Made by a program: the position numbers and the translations under genes. Of a stretch of DNA of 64,000 nt, positions 54,885-64,000 are shown piece after piece. This DNA is from an uncultured Verrucomicrobiae bacterium (GTDB lineage: Bacteria; Verrucomicrobiota; Verrucomicrobiia; Chthoniobacterales; Chthoniobacteraceae): positions 96,001 through 160,000 of the forward strand of contig CAVYKI010000010.1 in NCBI GenBank assembly GCA_963769025.1. The letters run 5' to 3'. The notes below the pieces were generated by a model. That model made no database searches, was not told where the DNA came from, and saw only the letters and a program-made list of their open reading frames with translations. The number at the start of each line of letters is the position of its first letter. The first letter of the stretch is position 1.

Positions 54885-56624
54885 TCAAGGAATGGGTGAC
54901 AAGGGATAAAAGCGCCGGTCGCGTTCATCCACCGCGAACATCACCAGCGAAGGCGCGTCGCCCGTCGTCTCCCAGCGAAACGATTCACTGAAGCCGCTCT
55001 TCGCGGGCAACGTCTTTCCTTGGATTCCCGGCACTTCCTTGTTCCTCAGGCCGATCGCGAGCATCAGCCACGGTTCGAGTTCGCCGGATTGCCCTTTTCG
55101 GCAGACGAGGACTGAGTCAGCAGCGGCATCCAGAAGTGGCTTCACCGCCCATCCCGCGATGCGGATCTCCGACGGCCGTGGCCTGTCCACCCGGACAAAC
55201 CCTCCGCTCGCCGTTTCCGGGTGCCGCGATCGATCGAGAATCCAATCCCCAAAGCTGGTCGTCTCGTGGAGCTTCCGGTCGTGGAGAGCCTTCACCAAGA
55301 CCGACAGATCCGTCCATGCGCAGGCCTTTTCGACGAGCGGGCTCTTAGGAACGACGGCAAGCATCCGGACCGTCAACTGCGTCTGCACGCGACCGAGCCT
55401 GATCCACTCGAACCACCGAAAGTTGTGGTTCCAGGTCCGGAGGAAAAGAAGCAGGAACACGACGACAGTCCACCGGAGCGTCCGTCCGTAATTTCCCTGC
55501 GGCTGCGGCGACCCGAGCATGGCGACCCGGTGCGAGTTGAATGCGGCGAGCAGGCCGACCAGCAGCGCCCCGGAATGGAACAGATACCGTGACGAAAACG
55601 CCTGCTCCACGCCGAAGCCCGCCCGCCCGAGCGCCGTGGTCAGACCGGAAGTGAACGCGTAGGCGATGATGAGCAACGACGGATAGAGCATCCCGAGATA
55701 GGATACCGTCTTCACGCCGGGATGCTTCCAGACCCGGAGCGCAGTGCTCAAAAACACAACCGCAACCGCAATCATGAATGCGATTCCGAGAATGATCCGC
55801 AGAATTGCCCCCGCATGAAACGGACCGCCACACCAGGCGGCCAGGTACTTCAACACTCCCACCGGGTCGTGAAGCGCCTGCGCCAGCGAGGGGTGCGAGG
55901 GCATTGGTTGATACCCGATGAAATACACGCGCACGAAAATCGCGGCGGTCAGCACGTAAAGCGCGGACCAAATCCAAAAGCGGGACTTCCCGCCTTTCAA
56001 ACTCCGGCGACCGGCGAGCCATCGCAGCGCCTCCCGCCAGAACGGAAACGAAATCACCCACAAAAGCATCCCATTGGCGAAACTGAACATCGCCACGGCG
56101 TTGAGGACGACCGTCGCACAAAAACGCAGGGCGAATGACTGGGTGCGATCCTGGATGTGAAACCCGGCCAGGATGCACAGCAGCGGGATAAAGATGATCC
56201 ACTGAATGCCCCACAGCCAGTTCTCGAATGCCGCCGGCGAGAAAAGCAACGCGCTGGAGAGTGAGAGGCAGAGCAAGCCCGTCGGGTCCTGTTCCCGGCC
56301 GCGCGTCACGCGCCGATAGCACACCTTGTGGATCAGGATGAAGATGACCAGGACGAGCAGCCACCCGAGATACATGAAGTGTTTCGGCTGCCATCCCACC
56401 AGTTGGCTCACGGCCAGAAAGATCGCCTTTGGCACGAGCGCGCGGCTTTCGTTGGATTGGGCGAAGTAGTCTGCGAACGTGTGGTTCTCCAAGACGAGGA
56501 ACTGACCCGGGATCGCCCACTCATCCGCATAAGGCACGTTCACTCCATACTTCGCGATCAGGATCAGGATCACCAGCGGTGCCAGGACCGGGATCACGCC
56601 GCCCAATAACCGCGACAGCTTCAT
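54885..56624 (-). CDS. Multi-pass membrane protein, possible GT-C-like transferase
   Basis: NVPYADEW first-loop acidic motif, QSNESR, ENWLWGIQ and GRAGFG..QAFSSRY; about 12 hydrophobic segments. Confidence 0.7.
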   Translation of the reverse strand: MKLSRLLGGVIPVLAPLVILILIAKYGVNVPYADEWAIPGQFLVLENHTFADYFAQSNESRALVPKAIFLAVSQLVGWQPKHFMYLGWLLVLVIFILIHKVCYRRVTRGREQDPTGLLCLSLSSALLFSPAAFENWLWGIQWIIFIPLLCILAGFHIQDRTQSFALRFCATVVLNAVAMFSFANGMLLWVISFPFWREALRWLAGRRSLKGGKSRFWIWSALYVLTAAIFVRVYFIGYQPMPSHPSLAQALHDPVGVLKYLAAWCGGPFHAGAILRIILGIAFMIAVAVVFLSTALRVWKHPGVKTVSYLGMLYPSLLIIAYAFTSGLTTALGRAGFGVEQAFSSRYLFHSGALLVGLLAAFNSHRVAMLGSPQPQGNYGRTLRWTVVVFLLLFLRTWNHNFRWFEWIRLGRVQTQLTVRMLAVVPKSPLVEKACAWTDLSVLVKALHDRKLHETTSFGDWILDRSRHPETASGGFVRVDRPRPSEIRIAGWAVKPLLDAAADSVLVCRKGQSGELEPWLMLAIGLRNKEVPGIQGKTLPAKSGFSESFRWETTGDAPSLVMFAVDERDRRFYPLSPIP

Positions 56625-56783
56625 GGTTCCCCTACTCTTGGTGAACCGCCAATCGATCACCAGACGAATTCCGCCGGCCACGCGGATTCACATCGCCGCA
56701 GGACTCGATGTGGAAACCGTTTGCACGGGGATTTTGCGTTTGACGCCCTCTGGCCCGCCCGCCACTTTCCCCGCCCTTTCGCC

Positions 56784-57263
56784 ATGCGCCATACGCTGTC
56801 AGTCCTCGTTGAAAACAAATTCGGTGTGCTCACCCGCATCGCCGGCATGTTCAGCGGGCGCGGGTTCAACATTGATTCGCTCAACGTCGGCCCGACGCTC
56901 GATCCCGAAACCTCGCGCATGACCATCGTCGTCCGCGGCAACGACGCGACCCTTGAGCAGGTCAGCAAGCTCCTCGCGAAACTCATCGACGTCATCGAAG
57001 TGCAGGACTTCCGCGACGGCGAGTACGTGGACCGCGAACTCGTGCTCATGCGTGTGAAAATCACCCGCGACACCCGCGCCGAGGTCATGCAGATCTGCGA
57101 CATTTTCCGCGCGAAGATCGTGGACGTGCAGGCGAAGAATTTTGCCATCGAAGTCACCGGCAACGAGAGCAAGATCAACAAGTTCGTCTCGCTCATGGAA
57201 CCCTTCGGCATCGCCGCCCTCACCCGCACGGGCAAGGTCGTGCTGCCACGCAAGGGAGACTAG
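56784..57263 (+). CDS. ilvN: Acetolactate synthase small (regulatory) subunit
   Basis: [44 protein letters not shown]. Confidence 0.96.
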   Translation: MRHTLSVLVENKFGVLTRIAGMFSGRGFNIDSLNVGPTLDPETSRMTIVVRGNDATLEQVSKLLAKLIDVIEVQDFRDGEYVDRELVLMRVKITRDTRAEVMQICDIFRAKIVDVQAKNFAIEVTGNESKINKFVSLMEPFGIAALTRTGKVVLPRKGD

Positions 57264-57333
57264 ATTCCTCCGCCCCGCACGCGCAGCGAGACCGCTGCGT
57301 GCCGCTTCATTTTCAAACACACACCCAACACTC

Positions 57334-58356
57334 ATGGCTAAAATCTACACTGACAAAGACGCCGACCTCGGCGTGCTCAAAGGCAAAACTTGCGCCGTCC
57401 TCGGCTTCGGCTCGCAGGGTCACGCCCACGCGCTCAATCTCAAGGACAGCGGCGTGAAGGTCATCATCGGCCTCTATCCCGGCTCGAAGTCCCGCGCGGT
57501 TGCGCAGGAAAAGGGCTTCGAGGTCTTCGACACCGGCGAGGCTGTGAAGCGCGCGGACGTCATCTTCGTCGGCCTGCCCGATACGAAGCAGGCGGCGGCA
57601 TTCGAGAAGGACATCCGTCCGAACCTCGCGAAGGGCAAGACGCTCCTCTTCAGCCACGGCTTCTCGATCCATTTCAAAACGATCGTCCCGCCGAAGGATG
57701 TGGACGTCATCATGGTCGCACCGAAGGGCCCCGGCCATATCGTCCGCCGCCAGTTCACCGAGGGCAAGGGCGTCCCGGCGCTCATCGCCATTTACCAAAA
57801 CCCCAGCAAGAAGGCCAAGAAGGTCGCGCTCGCGTGGGCGAAGGGCATCGGCGGCACCCGCGGCGGCGTGCTGGAGACCGACTTCAAGGAAGAGACCGAG
57901 ACCGACCTCTTCGGCGAACAGACCGTGCTGTGCGGCGGCGCGAGCGCGCTGGTGCAGGCGGGCTTCGAAGTGCTCACCGAGGCCGGCTACTCGCCCGAGA
58001 TGGCGTACTTCGAATGCCTCCATGAACTGAAGCTCATCGTGGACCTCATGAACGAATCCGGCATCGCCGGCATGCGCTTCTCGATCTCCGAGACGGCGAA
58101 ATGGGGCGACGTGCTCGTCGGCCCGCAGATCATCGACAAGTCCGTGAAGGCGCGGATGAAAGTCGCGCTCAAGAACATCCAGAGCGGCAAGTTCGCGAAG
58201 GACTGGGTGAAGGAATACAAGGGCGGCTACAAGAAATACAACGCACTCCTCAAGAAGGGCGAACAGCACCCCATCGAGAAGACCGGCGCCAAGCTCCGCG
58301 CACTCATGCCTTGGATTCAGAAAAAGAACCTCAAGGGCGCGCAGGCGGCCTACTAA
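57334..58356 (+). CDS. ilvC: Ketol-acid reductoisomerase
   Basis: [42 protein letters not shown] and [15 protein letters not shown]. Confidence 0.98.
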   Translation: MAKIYTDKDADLGVLKGKTCAVLGFGSQGHAHALNLKDSGVKVIIGLYPGSKSRAVAQEKGFEVFDTGEAVKRADVIFVGLPDTKQAAAFEKDIRPNLAKGKTLLFSHGFSIHFKTIVPPKDVDVIMVAPKGPGHIVRRQFTEGKGVPALIAIYQNPSKKAKKVALAWAKGIGGTRGGVLETDFKEETETDLFGEQTVLCGGASALVQAGFEVLTEAGYSPEMAYFECLHELKLIVDLMNESGIAGMRFSISETAKWGDVLVGPQIIDKSVKARMKVALKNIQSGKFAKDWVKEYKGGYKKYNALLKKGEQHPIEKTGAKLRALMPWIQKKNLKGAQAAY

Positions 58357-58384
58357 GGTCTCACCAATTCAAACCAGAACGCGG

Positions 58385-58415
58385 AGGCCGGGCGAAAGCC
58401 CGGCCTTTGTCGTTT
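58385..58415 (+). terminator. Rho-independent terminator after ilvC
   Basis: AGGCCGGGC-GAAA-GCCCGGCCT followed by TTGTCGTTT. Confidence 0.8.
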
Positions 58416-58478
58416 GAAAGTTTTGCCAGACACGAATGATTCTCGACCTTCCGGCTATCGAGTGGCTTCAAAGACGCC

Positions 58479-59164
58479 ATGAATAAAGCGATTTGCGCAT
58501 TCCTGGTCGCCCTGCTCATGGCCGGACTTTCCCGTGCGGAGGACAGGCAGTGGCTTTCCACAGGCAAGATCCTCATCGGTGCTTGGAGGTGAATCCGAAA
58601 TTGAAGAACGGAGAGCCGATTCCCGAGGTTTTTTATGGGACGTGTGTCGAACTCCTGCAGACAACCTCCATTCTGAATGGTGCCCGCAAGCGGGTGAGTT
58701 CCTTGCACCCGGATTTGCTGCCCCAGCCCTGCAAATTGAAAGCGGCAAGATTGCCAGGAACACGCATCATCGTTCTAGGGGCGTTTGCGCCCGACCCGGC
58801 CTATGCCCAGGCATATTTGGACTCGGTGATGGACGAGTTTCTGGCCAAGGCGAAAGAAACGCACATGGACGGGCAGGACGCGCTGTTTGCCGTAATGGAT
58901 GAAATTGTCAGGGAAATCTTTCTTGCGGAGAAGCAGATCAAGGCGGCCGAGCAGAACGGGATGAAGCCCGATCAGTTGGCTGAGGCGAAGGCCAAGGTGC
59001 AGCAAGACAAAATACTCCATGAAAGACTCGTCGGCACCGCGCAGAAACTTGAGGATCGAGTTGGTGGTGGCAAAATTTTCAGCGTTGTTGAACGAGCAAG
59101 TAATCCAGTCGCTGTTCAACCCGGTTCTCCTCTTCCAGATGTCTTCAAGAAAGAGAAGGAATGA
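58479..59164 (+). CDS. Secreted hypothetical protein resembling a Wzc/Wzz periplasmic segment, frameshifted near 58582
   Basis: The signal peptide MNKAICAFLVALLMAGLSRA is in one frame. FYGTCVELLQ...RVSSLHP...TRIIVL...PAYAQAYLDSVMDEF, a coiled coil and SVVERAS are in the next. The family resemblance is from memory. Confidence 0.55.
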
Positions 59165-59235
59165 ACTGCTGATGCAGCACAGCGGCGACGCCTCCGGCGT
59201 CGAAAAGATGTTTTACCCCCTTCTCTTGCGGTTTT

Positions 59236-59381
59236 TCACCCAAACGCTTCGGTGATTTACCGAGATGCTTGGGTGATTGACCGAAGCGTTTCGATGTTTG
59301 ACCCAAAGTTTTGGGTGATTCACCCAAACATTTGGCTTTTTCACCCAAACCGAAGGGTCGCGGACCGAAACGTTGCGGTGA
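59236..59381. repeat. Array of seven degenerate 20-bp palindromes at 21-bp period (consensus TCACCCAAACGTTTGGGTGA + T)
   Basis: Units start at 59236, 59257, 59278, 59299, 59320, 59341 and 59362. Confidence 0.88.
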
Positions 59382-59991
59382 TTTTCCCTTCCGCCGGGGC
59401 GCGGCGGGCTACGGGGGTCGGCGGTTTGGGCTTCCGGGGGGTGCGGGGGAAGTGGGCTTTCATCCGGTCGTAGTAGCCTTGGGCGTCGGTGTTGCCGCGG
59501 GCGGCAAGTTCGGCGATCTGGTTATAGATGGCGAGGGTGGCGCGGCGGGTGTCGTGGGCGGCGAGGCGGCGCATGATGACGACTTTGCGGGCGAGGGCCG
59601 CGGCCTTGGTGTCCATGGGGGCGGTGTCGTTGAAGAGCGCGGTGTCCTGCGTGTACTCGGTGGCGTCCACGACGAAGGGCTTCCAGTCGGGGTGCGCGGC
59701 GAGGGCTTCGGCGGCGATTTCGTCCAGCTCGGTGCTCTGGTCGATGCTGAGGAGGCGCCTGAGGTCGGCGTCGGAGATGTCGGTGATGCCGGGGAGGAGG
59801 GCGAGGGCTTCGTCGAGTTTCTGGACGAAGAGGGCGATGTTCTGCGGGGTGATGGCGGCGGATATCTGGTTGTCTGCGGACATGGGTGGCGAAGTTGGAG
59901 GGTTGGGATATGCGGATGCGGGCACGTTCCCATCCCATGTGAATTCAGGACCCATGTCCCAACGGAGTGGTTCTCCATTGGGCAACGTCAT
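59341..59991 (-). CDS. Hypothetical alpha-helical protein with W-D repeat leader (true ends possibly 60023 and 59409)
   Basis: Open frame MTLPNGEPLRWDMGPEFTWDG...MSADNQISAAIT...YYDRMKAHFPRTPRKPKPPTP, with strong GC3 bias in the core. Confidence 0.75.
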   Translation of the reverse strand: MTLPNGEPLRWDMGPEFTWDGNVPASAYPNPPTSPPMSADNQISAAITPQNIALFVQKLDEALALLPGITDISDADLRRLLSIDQSTELDEIAAEALAAHPDWKPFVVDATEYTQDTALFNDTAPMDTKAAALARKVVIMRRLAAHDTRRATLAIYNQIAELAARGNTDAQGYYDRMKAHFPRTPRKPKPPTPVARRAPAEGKITATFRSATLRFG

Positions 59992-60098
59992 GTCCCACCC
60001 CTGAGGGGTTCGGGCTGCGGCATCGCCGCGAAGTGCAAAATAGCGGGCGCGCGCGGGCAAGCCCAATTTTCTCAATTATGCCGGCAAGTACTCGGCGC

Positions 60099-60671
60099 TC
60101 AGCAGATGCGGCAGGGATCGGTGTCGCGGTTCTGGTTCCACGGAGCTTTGCCGAGGAGCATGGCCATTCCGCAAAAGCCGCTGATGCCGGAGAAAATCAG
60201 GCCCGCGGCCATGAAAAGGACGAGGTAAGTGAAGCCAGGATGGACGTAACGGGCGAGCAGCCAGAATGTGAGGATGAGAACGCCGAGGGTGATGCGGACC
60301 TGGCCGTCGAGCGGGATGCCCGCCTTTGCGCCGCGCTCCACGGCCAGTCCGGCAGTGACGCAAGCGTCGGTGCCGCCCGTGACGACGCAGACGTTTGTAA
60401 ACCCTGCGGCGCGGAATTGCTCGGCGGCCTTTGCCGCGCGGCTGCCACCTTTGCAAAGGAGGTAGATCGGCGCGCCGGGCGCGGGGCTCAGGGCGTCGGC
60501 GGCTTTTTTCGGGTCGAGCACGTCGAGCGGGGCGAGCTTTGCACCCTGCACATGGCATTCGGCGAATTCGGCGGGCGTGCGGACATCGAGCACGCAGAGC
60601 GGCGTGCCTTTTGAAACGAGTGCGCCGAAGTCGGCGGTGGAAATGCTGGCGGGAGCGTCGGTGGTGGTCAT
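60099..60671 (-). CDS. Rhodanese domain plus YgaP/DUF2892-like membrane domain protein
   Basis: LDVRTPAEF..HVQGA, LCKGGSRA and GGT; C-terminal PLDGQVRI...SGISGFCGMAMLLGKAPWN. Confidence 0.88.
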   Translation of the reverse strand: MTTTDAPASISTADFGALVSKGTPLCVLDVRTPAEFAECHVQGAKLAPLDVLDPKKAADALSPAPGAPIYLLCKGGSRAAKAAEQFRAAGFTNVCVVTGGTDACVTAGLAVERGAKAGIPLDGQVRITLGVLILTFWLLARYVHPGFTYLVLFMAAGLIFSGISGFCGMAMLLGKAPWNQNRDTDPCRIC

Positions 60672-60778
60672 GAAAACGAGGGCTGAAGGCGCGCAGGATA
60701 GACCCGTTGCCCGGGATTTCACCGGACTTATTTTGAGCGACAACGCCATTCCGTTGTCCTACCCACCCGCTCCCGCCT

Positions 60779-61900
60779 ATGAAATCCCGCCTCCTCTTTC
60801 TGCTCGCCGCGCTTTTTGCCGCCTCCGTGCCCATGCGCGCACAGGAAGATCCCGCGCAGGAGCCGTCGGTGAAGGCGGTGGCGAAGGCGATGCCGGCAGT
60901 GGTGAACATCAACACGGAATCCATCGTGCGGCGGACCGTGCGCGACCCGATGGATGCGTTTTACAATGATTTCTTCGGCGGAGCGATGCGGCCGCCGCGG
61001 ACCATCAACCAGAAGGTGCAGAGCCTCGGGTCGGGTTTCTTCATCGACGACAAGGGGACGATCATCACGAATGCGCATGTCGTGGCGCGCGCGGCGGAGA
61101 TGAAGATTTCCGTGACCACGCCGGCCGGGAAGACCTACACGGCGCGCTACATTGCCGGCGACCCGGACCACGACCTGGCGATGATCCGGGTGGATTCGAA
61201 GGAGAAGTTCCCTTTCATCGCGCTGAATGATCTTTCGCCAAATCTCCTCGGGCAGACGTGCCTCGTGCTCGGGAATCCGCTCGGCTACAGCTCGTCCGTG
61301 GCGCGCGGCATCCTGAGCGCGAAGGGCCGAAGCGTGACGGTCGGCGACGTGGAGTATGAGAACCTCGTGCAGACGGATGCGGCCATCAATCCCGGCAACA
61401 GCGGCGGCCCGGTCGTGGACATTGCGGGCCGGCTCGTGGGGATGTCGTCGGTGAAGATGTCCTTCACGCCGCAGGGCGTGCCCACGCAGGGGCTCGGGTT
61501 CGCGATTCCCGGCCACGTGGTGAGGGCAAAGGTGGATGAGTTCCGGAAAATCGAGCGCGGCGAAAAGCTGCCGGAGAAGCCGAGCCTCGCGACGAAGTTC
61601 TTCGGCCTCGTGCTCCAGGACGTGGACGAGAAGCTCGCGACGAGCACCGGCTTTCGCGAAGACGCCGGGGCATTCATCAAGGGCGTGGAGCCGAAGTCCC
61701 CCGCGGCGGCGGCCGGACTCCAGCCCGGGATGCTGATCGCGGCGGTGGGGCGTTTCGAGGTGAACGGCGTGAAGCCGATCGAAAAGCTGCTCAAGCAGGT
61801 GGACACCGGGAGCCGCGTGGATTTCGGGATCGCGTGGTTCCAGCAAGCCGTGCGCGGGCCCCGTCTCGTGAGCGACACTTTCCCGCTCATCGCCCGATGA
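60779..61900 (+). CDS. HtrA/DegQ-like trypsin serine protease with PDZ domain
   Basis: Signal peptide; LGSGFFI, TNAHVV, DLAMI and QTDAAINPGNSGGP; C-terminal SPAAAAGLQPG PDZ. Confidence 0.93.
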   Translation: MKSRLLFLLAALFAASVPMRAQEDPAQEPSVKAVAKAMPAVVNINTESIVRRTVRDPMDAFYNDFFGGAMRPPRTINQKVQSLGSGFFIDDKGTIITNAHVVARAAEMKISVTTPAGKTYTARYIAGDPDHDLAMIRVDSKEKFPFIALNDLSPNLLGQTCLVLGNPLGYSSSVARGILSAKGRSVTVGDVEYENLVQTDAAINPGNSGGPVVDIAGRLVGMSSVKMSFTPQGVPTQGLGFAIPGHVVRAKVDEFRKIERGEKLPEKPSLATKFFGLVLQDVDEKLATSTGFREDAGAFIKGVEPKSPAAAAGLQPGMLIAAVGRFEVNGVKPIEKLLKQVDTGSRVDFGIAWFQQAVRGPRLVSDTFPLIAR

Positions 61901-62131
61901 CCGGCGCGGATCGGTGAACCGATTTTTGCCGGAATCCGCGCAGTCAAAATGCCGAAAAAGACCCACTTGCCAACTTCGCCGAGCCTGCTATTTGTCCGCC
62001 CCCCTTGGCAGCCGCATGGCTGCCGGTGACCAAGCATCCGTTCAGTCGTTGACCTCGTCAATTGGCGTCGTGCGCATGCACAGAGCCCGAGTCGGCAGCA
62101 GGACGGAGCACCAGCCACACGCATCGCACTC

Positions 62132-63061
62132 ATGATTAAAGTCGAACATCTCACCAAGAAATACGGCACGTTTACCGCCGTGAACGACATCAGCTTTCAG
62201 GTGGAGAAGGGCGAAATCGTCGGCTTCCTCGGGCCAAACGGCGCGGGAAAAAGCACGACGATGAAAATCCTCACCAGCTTCCTCCCGGCGACCTCCGGCA
62301 GGGCGAGCATCGCGGGATTCGACGTCTTCGACCAGAGCATCGAGGCACGCAAGCGGCTCGGCTACCTGCCCGAAAACACGCCGCTGTATCCCGACATGAA
62401 GGTCGGCGAATATTTGCGCTATCGCGCGGCGCTCAAGGGCGTGCCGCGTTCAAAGATGCGCGAGCGCGTCGGCGACGTGCTCGAGCTTTGCCACCTCGCG
62501 GATCGCGAGAACCAGCTCATCGGCAGCCTTTCCAAAGGCTACCGCCAGCGCACCGGTCTCGCGGATGCGCTCGTCCATGACCCGGAACTGCTCATCCTCG
62601 ACGAGCCGACCATCGGCCTCGATCCGAACCAGATCCGGACGGTGCGCGAACTCATCAAGAACCTCGCCAAGAAGCGCACCGTGCTCATCAGCACGCACAT
62701 CCTGCCCGAGGTGGAAATCATGTGTTCGCGCGTCATCGTGATTCACAAGGGGACGATCCGCGCGACCGACACCGCGGAGAATTTGCTGAAGAACCACCGC
62801 TCCGTCGGCGAGCTCCGACTCGAGGCACGCGCGGGTGAAGGCGCGGCCGGCGCGCTCCGCGGCATCGCCGGCGTGAAGGACGTGACCGAGGAACAGAACG
62901 GCGAATGGACGACCTTCAAGCTCCGGCTCGACGCCAACGCGCGGCCCGGCGAGGAAATCCTGAAGCTCGCGCAGCAGCGCAACTGGCCCGTGCGCGAACT
63001 CCACCAGAAGAGCGCGACGCTTGAGGACGTGTTCGCCGACCTGACGCTGTCCGAACACTGA
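62132..63061 (+). CDS. ABC transporter ATP-binding protein (GldA-like)
   Basis: GPNGAGKST, LSKGYRQR, LILDEPTIGLDPNQ and STHILPEVE. Confidence 0.92.
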   Translation: MIKVEHLTKKYGTFTAVNDISFQVEKGEIVGFLGPNGAGKSTTMKILTSFLPATSGRASIAGFDVFDQSIEARKRLGYLPENTPLYPDMKVGEYLRYRAALKGVPRSKMRERVGDVLELCHLADRENQLIGSLSKGYRQRTGLADALVHDPELLILDEPTIGLDPNQIRTVRELIKNLAKKRTVLISTHILPEVEIMCSRVIVIHKGTIRATDTAENLLKNHRSVGELRLEARAGEGAAGALRGIAGVKDVTEEQNGEWTTFKLRLDANARPGEEILKLAQQRNWPVRELHQKSATLEDVFADLTLSEH

Positions 63062-63098
63062 GCGCGACGGCCAAACGACAGACATCCCTTTTGAAACC

Positions 63099-63863
63099 AT
63101 GAGAACATTCTTCGTCCTTCTGAGCCGCGAAGTGCGGTCGCTTTTCTACACGCCCATCGCCTACGTGGTGCTGGTGTTTTTCCTCGCGCTGATGGGATTC
63201 AACTTCCAGGGCGCGGTGACATTCCTGAACCAGGGCCCGACGGAAACGACGCTGGTGGAGGTCACCTTCTACAATCTGATTTTCTGGTTCGTGTATCCGC
63301 TGATTTTCCCGCTCATCACCATGCGCGCATTCGCGGATGAATACCGCATGGGGACCATCGAGACCCTCTCGACCGCGCCGGTGAACGACTGGCAGATCGT
63401 GCTCTCGAAGTTTTTCGGCGCGGTGACGTTCTACGTCATCCTCTTCCTGCCCACGTTCCTCTACTTCCGCCTCTTCCATTGGATCAGCGGCGGCAAGGAG
63501 GCCGTGCAAAGTGCGGGCGCCTACACGACCACCTACCTCCTCCTGCTGCTGCTCGGCATGTTCTTCATCAGCATCGGCATCTTCGCCAGCTCGCTCGTGA
63601 AGGATCAGGTGAATGCGGCGATCATCAGCGTCGCGTCCGTCCTGCTCTATCTTTTCGTCCCGAATCTCCTCGGCCTCATGCTGAACTCCACGGACCCGCG
63701 TTTCACGATGATGCGCGGCTTCCTGAGCCCCTTTGACCACATGCGCGACTTTGCCCGCGGCATGATCGATACCCGGCAGGTCGTCTGGTATCTCTCGATG
63801 ACGGTGCTGCTGCTCGTCATCACCCACCAGGTCTTCCAGAGCCGCAAGCTGAAGGCCGCCTGA
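63099..63863 (+). CDS. ABC-2 type permease (GldF-like)
   Basis: REVRSLFYTPIAY, PLITMRAFADEYRMGTIETL, IVLSKF and FARGMID; six TM segments. Confidence 0.9.
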   Translation: MRTFFVLLSREVRSLFYTPIAYVVLVFFLALMGFNFQGAVTFLNQGPTETTLVEVTFYNLIFWFVYPLIFPLITMRAFADEYRMGTIETLSTAPVNDWQIVLSKFFGAVTFYVILFLPTFLYFRLFHWISGGKEAVQSAGAYTTTYLLLLLLGMFFISIGIFASSLVKDQVNAAIISVASVLLYLFVPNLLGLMLNSTDPRFTMMRGFLSPFDHMRDFARGMIDTRQVVWYLSMTVLLLVITHQVFQSRKLKAA

Positions 63864-63893
63864 TCCGGACGCGCAAACCGAACCACTCGCACC

Positions 63894-64000
63894 ATGGAAA
63901 AGACCAAAGCACCTCTTGACGCACCGAAAGTCATCCGCATCGGCCGCGTGCAGCTCACCCTCAACGTGATCGTGCAGGCCATTGTCGTCATCGCGATTGT
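63894..64000 (+). CDS. Start of probable GldG-like ABC auxiliary component (truncated by window end)
   Basis: MEKTKAP...TLNVIVQAIVVIAI, directly after GldA/F-like genes; the call rests mainly on synteny. Confidence 0.55.
   Translation, partial: MEKTKAPLDAPKVIRIGRVQLTLNVIVQAIVVIAI

Noticed and set aside
59236..59381. CRISPR array
   Set aside because: Units abut with a 1-nt gap, there are no unique spacers, the repeats are degenerate, and no cas genes are present.
61901..62131. Riboswitch or ncRNA upstream of the GldA-like gene
   Set aside because: Only a short GGCAGCC/GGCTGCC hairpin; I recognise no RNA family motif.

Overview
This is a GC-rich chromosomal window that looks verrucomicrobial/PVC, judging from a PEP-CTERM giant protein, planctomycete-cytochrome-c (DUF1549/DUF1553) genes and DUF1501/DUF1800 genes; the taxon is inferred, not proven. 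It runs from the 3' end of ppdK, through a 17.9-kb, 5960-aa autotransporter-repeat PEP-CTERM surface protein bracketed by two paralogous 155-aa secreted FKBP genes. Housekeeping and envelope genes follow: tRNA-Tyr, TatD, SufE, GPx, rplM-rpsI, msrA, an L,D-transpeptidase, a Ser/Thr kinase, an MsbA-like exporter, glycosyltransferases, ilvN-ilvC, an HtrA protease and a GldA/F/G-like ABC system. The most unusual items are four. (i) Seven degenerate 20-bp palindromes (consensus TCACCCAAACGTTTGGGTGA) at exact 21-bp period at 59236-59381, directly downstream of an uncharacterised helical protein with a W-D-repeat leader. (ii) The FKBP-giant adhesin-FKBP arrangement. (iii) An identical-architecture 5x50-aa FG-GAP tail fused to both a CAP protein and a cyclophilin. 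(iv) About a dozen small frameshifts between 31 and 60 kb, which look like assembly indels. I see no CRISPR, rRNA, integrase or transposase. All family calls come from motif recognition, not database searches.
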